The notes under the pieces were generated by a model. The model was not told the origin of the DNA. It did no database searches and was given only the letters and a program-made list of their open reading frames with translations. The position numbers were made by a program, and so were the translations under genes. Below, in pieces: positions 59,040 to 64,000 of a DNA stretch of 64,000 nt (position 1 is its first letter; the number at the start of each line of letters is the position of its first letter). The stretch spans positions 21,700,001 to 21,764,000 of the forward strand of contig OZ336893.1 in assembly GCA_965287045.1 (NCBI GenBank). The letters run 5' to 3'. The DNA comes from Carcharhinus amblyrhynchos (Eukaryota).

Positions 59040-61006
59040 ATTGAGTGTGTCACTTAGCCAGGACTTAGCTGGCGATTCATCTGTAGAGGCCTCAATGGCA
59101 GAGCAGGTGGAAGAAGGCGGTGGCCCCAGTGACTGCGAAGGCGGAAGAAGACTGTGATGGGGAAGAGGCTCCAGTTGTAGTGGTTGGCCATGCCATTGAA
59201 TCCGACCACCAGCTGCTAAGACCATGTGAAACCTGGCTGTGCACCAGAGTCCCCACTGTGAACAATGCCACACACAGGCCTCCGTCAGGGCAAAGCAAAA
59301 GCCCTGTGGTGATGGATAATTGGCGGCATGTTCTATACAAAATATATTGGCATCCCTTATAACATAATGCATTGCCAAGCATGGCTTTGGGTAGGCAGTT
59401 TTGATTTAAAACTTTGCAAAAAACATACACAGCTATGATAGCCATTTATATAGATTCCCTATTAAGCCAGGTGAACATATACCACATCTGGCATTGTATG
59501 TATCAGTAGTTATACCCTATCTTTATCTCCCTACTATTTTATTTTGTGATTGACTGTATTCCATGGACTTGTCACAATGCAAATACAAATTCAATGAAAG
59601 TTGCTTGTCTCAATTACTCAAGCGGTGATGAATGTGAGAAAGAGAGTGAATGGAGGGATTGTTTAATCTTGGAAAAGAATATGCAGTAGGATTGAAAAGA
59701 TATAAAGATAAGGCGGGCCGGACTTTGAGGAAATAACAACTGAAACTGATTGACAGATAAAAGATGTGTATTTGTTTGGTTTGGTCCCCGTGTTGAGTTT
59801 TTTTGTTGCCTTGTGAAGTTAAGTTCTGAAATAACGTTAAGATTCTTAAACAAAAGGAAAATCAGCAGTGATAAAACAATGGCATTTGTTACCACTCATC
59901 ACCCGAAAACTATTTGTGTTAGTTTGCCCAATAATCGTTCTCTGAAAGACTGCATTCTGCCTATAAATTAGCTGGTTAGAAATCCTCTTCCATAAAATTT
60001 AAATGCAGAGGTGGATGGTTTTCTTTATAAACTTGTGTAATGTAATATTGGGAAATGGAGGTAGATAGATAGGGCTTTCCATTCACAAATAAGGATCTAT
60101 ATCCTATAATTATTTTTGGCAGTTCCCTTAAAATCTTTATGTGTACCCTTCTCCATCCCCCAACCCCTCCACTCTCCTATCCCCCTGTGCTTGAGTATCC
60201 TTGCTTCAAAAGATACCTTTCTGCAAGGATAGCTTGTCCCGCCGATTCTTCATCCCTTCGGATAGGAAATGGAAAGCCCATCTGTTGCTGCATTCGCAAA
60301 ACTTTCATGACTGGTTTAAAAAAATGTTTGACACAATAAAGCAAATGACAGTCTCAATAATAAAGCACCACAAGATTACAAAACCTGTCACATTACTGTG
60401 GAGTAATGGCCCCCACACCACCCCCCACCCCCCTCTTGGTAGGAACAGATTGGAAGTAGATCACACAGCTTGTATACTGGAGATAGTCTTGCTTCCAACT
60501 GAGGAGAGATTGATATACATCTCCAGATTCAAACAGGCTCTCAGCCTGAAAATGCCATCCTAATTGTTATTATTCTATCCCAACTAACACAAAATGACAT
60601 GATAAAGTTAGGCTCTCCATTGCTATTAGGGTAGAATTTGTTATGTATTGAAACCTCTTTATCGGGGGGTACAGAGCATATCAGTTTTGCAGTGGGACAA
60701 TTTAGGTGCAGTCTGAGCAGTCGCCCTTCCCTTTGCTAAATTGTTGGAACATTTTCAGCCTAATGGTGATAAGTGGTGTAGCCACAGATCTGCTCCACTC
60801 AATGGTTCCTGTGATCAGATCCAGGAATGGGTTTAAAAATGTTCTTGTTACTGAATCCACCTTGTGATGCCAAAGGTAGTGGGAGGGTATCACGGACTCC
60901 ATAAAAACAGCTTCCCCACAACCCCTGCTGCAGTCCGCTCCAAAATCCCCTGCCTGGACTTATCCAAGGACCTCTTGAGGCAGATAACCTTTCATATATA
61001 AGACAT

Positions 61007-62155
61007 ATAAGAACATAAGAAATAGGAGCAGGAGTAGGCCATCTAGCCCTTCAAGCCTGCCCCACCATTCAATGAGATCATGGCTGATTTGTCATGACTC
61101 AGTTCTACATTCCCGCCGTCTCCCCATAACCCTTAATCCCCTTGCCTATCAAAAACCTATCAACCCGCGTCTTAAAAATATTTAGCGAGGCAGCCTCCAC
61201 CACTTCAATGGGCAGAGAATTCCAGAGATTCACCACCCTTTGAGTGAAGAAGTTCCTCCTCAACTCCGTTCTAAACCACCCCCCCTTTATCTTGAGGCTG
61301 TGCCCCCTAGTCCTACTGTCCTTTCTGAGCGGGAAGAGCCTCTCCACCCCTATCCTATCCATCCCATTCATCATCTTATATATCTCAATGAGATCTCCCC
61401 TCATTCTTCTAAACTCTAATGAGTACAAGCCTAGTTTATTCAGCCTCTCCTCATAGCTCAACCCCCTCAACTCCGGAATCAGCCTAGTAAACCTCCTCTG
61501 CACTCCCTCCAAGGCCAAAATATCCTTGCGTAAGTGCGGCGACCAAAACTGCACACAGTACTCCAGCTGCGGCCTCACCAGTGCCCTATACAGCTGCAGC
61601 AAGACCTCCCTACTTTTATATTCAATCCCCCTCGCTATGAAGGCCAGCATCCCATTCACCTTCCTGACCACCTGCTGCACCTGCATGCTGGGTTTTTGCG
61701 ACTCATGCACAAGGACCCCGAGGTCCCTCTGCACTGTCGCATGCTGCGGTTTTTAGCCACGTAAGTAATAGTCCTTCCTACCATTATTCCTACCAAAGTG
61801 GACAACCTCACATTTGCCAACATTAAATTCCATTTGTCAGTTCCTGGCCCATTCACCCAGCCTATCTAGATCCTTCTGCAGACTCTCCACACCCTCCGCA
61901 CAATTTGCCGTTCCACCAATCTTGGTGTCATCAGCAAATTTCGACACCATACACTCGGTTCCCTCCTCCAGACCATCTATATAAATGGTGAATAGCTGAG
62001 GCCCCAGCACCGACCCCTGGGGCACTCCACTAGTCACCAACCTCCAATACGAATAGCACCTATTGACCCCCACTCTCTGTCTCCTATTTGACAGCCAATC
62101 CTCTATCCACGCTAACACCCTACCCCCAACTCCATGCCCCCTGACCTTCTGTAAT
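61007..62155 (-). mobile_element. Young CR1, 5'-truncated (~1.15 kb)
   Basis: ORFs 61105-61734 and 61837-62118 with [10 protein letters not shown] and FADD; near identical to 25336-26486. Confidence 0.96.
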
Positions 62156-62351
62156 AAACTTCTGTTATCTGAACTCAGATAAGTTGCCCATGAAGGCTAA
62201 TATAACTTGGGATGAATATGTGAAGCTCGGAGATCAATTTTAATCAATTCTTAGGCTTCTTGGTTCAGTTGTGTATTGTTCAGGCAGCATCTGGGCCAGA
62301 AAATGGATCTAGACCAATATCTAGGCCAATATCTCCCAATTATATCATGAG

Positions 62352-63620
62352 GCTATAAGAAATAAGGCCAGGAGTAGGCCATTCAGCCCCTTGACTCTGC
62401 TCTGCTATTCAGTAGGATCATGGCTAATCCAACATAACTCATGTCCACTTTCCTGCCTTTTCCCCATAACTCATGATTCCATTCCTGATCAAAAATCTAT
62501 CCATCTCAGCCTTAAATATACACAATGACTCTACCCCACAGCTCTCTGTGGCAAGAGTTTCAAAGACTCATGACCATCTAAGAGAAGAAATTCCTTCTCA
62601 TCTCTGTCTTAAATTGGTGCCCTTTTATTCTGAGACTATGCCATCTGCTCTGAGACTCTCCCACGAGAGGAAACATCTTCTCAGCATTTACACTGTCAAG
62701 TCCCTTAAGAATCCTATATGTTTCAATAAGATCACCTCTCATTTTTCTAAATTCCAATGGGTAAAAGTCCCAGCCTGTTCAACCTTTCTTCATGAAACAA
62801 TCCCTCCATATCAGGGGTCATCCGAGTGAACCTTCTCTGAACTGCTTCCAATGAAATAATATCCTTCTTTAAATTAGGGAACCGAAACTGCTCATTACTC
62901 CAGATGTGGTCTTACCAGTACCTTGTACAGTTGCAGTAAGACTCCCCTCCTCTTACACCTCAATCCCCTTGAAATAGTGGCCAACATAGATTTGCTGCTG
63001 AACCTGTGTGCTTGCTTCCTGTGTTTTGTGCACAAGTACCTCCAATTCCTTTTGTGTTGCAGCTTCCTGCAGCTCTTCACCAATTAAATAATACGGTTCT
63101 TTTGTTCTCTCTTCCAAAATGAACAACTTCACATCTTCCCACATTACACTCCATTTGCCAGCTTTTTGCCCACTTACTTAACCTATCAATATCTCTTCGT
63201 AAACCGTTTGTATCCCTCTTGCAACTTGCCTTTCTAGTTATTTTTGTTTCGGCTACAGTACACCTGCTTCATTCCTTTAAGTTATTAAGAGATATTGTAA
63301 ACAGTTGTGGTCCCAGCAGTGATCTCTGTGGAACCCCACTGGTTACAGGTTGCCAACCTGAAAAAGAACCTTTTATCTCCACTTGCTGTTTCCTGCCCAT
63401 TTGCCAACTCTCTATCCATGCCAATATTTTAACTTCAACACCATGGCCTCTTATCTTATGACTTAACCTTTTGTGATGTACCTTGTTGAATGCTTTCTGG
63501 AAGTGCAAATACAACACATCTACTAGTTCCCCTCTATTCACTCTGGTTGAGACTTCCTCAATAAATGAATAAATTAGTCAGACACGATTTCCCTTTAATG
63601 AAGCCAAGCTGACTCTACTC
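62352..63620 (-). mobile_element. Older CR1 RT and 3' region
   Basis: FQKAFNKV, VTSGVPQRSLLGPQLF, LYKVLVRPHLE, with many frameshifts. Confidence 0.9.
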
Positions 63621-64000
63621 CATTAGATTACTAACTTAATTGACAAATTTTTTGAGGCTTGTCCACAATTTTGGTCCTGACCATAGGAAGTAATACAAAG
63701 TTTGGAGGCTGACACAATTAATAAATTATTTGGGGCTGCCGAGTGAATCATACAGTTGTTCTTTTGATTATCATTTTTTAAATTGTCTATTAATCTAAAG
63801 TTCCTTCAGGTGATGTTTTGGCTTGGCAGAATGAGCGGCAATGATAGTACGTGGCTTGGCTGCGGAACGATTCATCCCAATCTGGCATACAAAGAGCCAG
63901 CCACGACTTGATTTTACTGTTTAGGCACCAACCCAAAAACGCAGGGCCATTGGCAATCAAAATGATTCAAAATGGTTTAATTGAACCCTGAACATTGTTT

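Noticed and set aside
58957-59362. Acidic ORFs (SSVEASMAEQVEEGG, AEEDCDGEE)
   Set aside because: One starts inside a MITE, the frames are inconsistent, and I recognise no family; the 16-bp inverted match to ~32768-32783 does not extend.

Overview
Vertebrate genomic DNA, almost certainly elasmobranch (shark-like), judged from HE1/V-SINEs, HER1/CR1 LINEs, DeuSINE relics and Penelope ends. I found no host protein-coding exon I can support, so the window reads as a gene desert or a very large intron. A large share of it is interspersed repeat. This includes at least 20 CR1-group LINE fragments (one young family with five minus-strand copies, the longest ~2.2 kb with a frameshifted RT ORF), two V-SINE lineages with different tails, another tRNA-derived SINE, and Rex1, RTE and L2 relics. 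It also includes PIF/Harbinger-like MITEs with ATT target duplications and Penelope-derived inserts carrying minimal hammerhead ribozyme motifs. A ~3.5 kb, ~105-unit, 33-bp minisatellite sits inside a SINE. Several repeat-free AT-rich islands look like candidate conserved non-coding elements. I did not find a convincingly new biological system. The best leads are the fold-back minisatellite inserted into a SINE, the hammerhead-containing Penelope palindromes with target duplications, a MITE holding a copy of its own left flank, and an apparent Rex1-tailed V-SINE. Repeat family names come from recognising motifs by eye, not from database searches, and boundaries of old elements are approximate.
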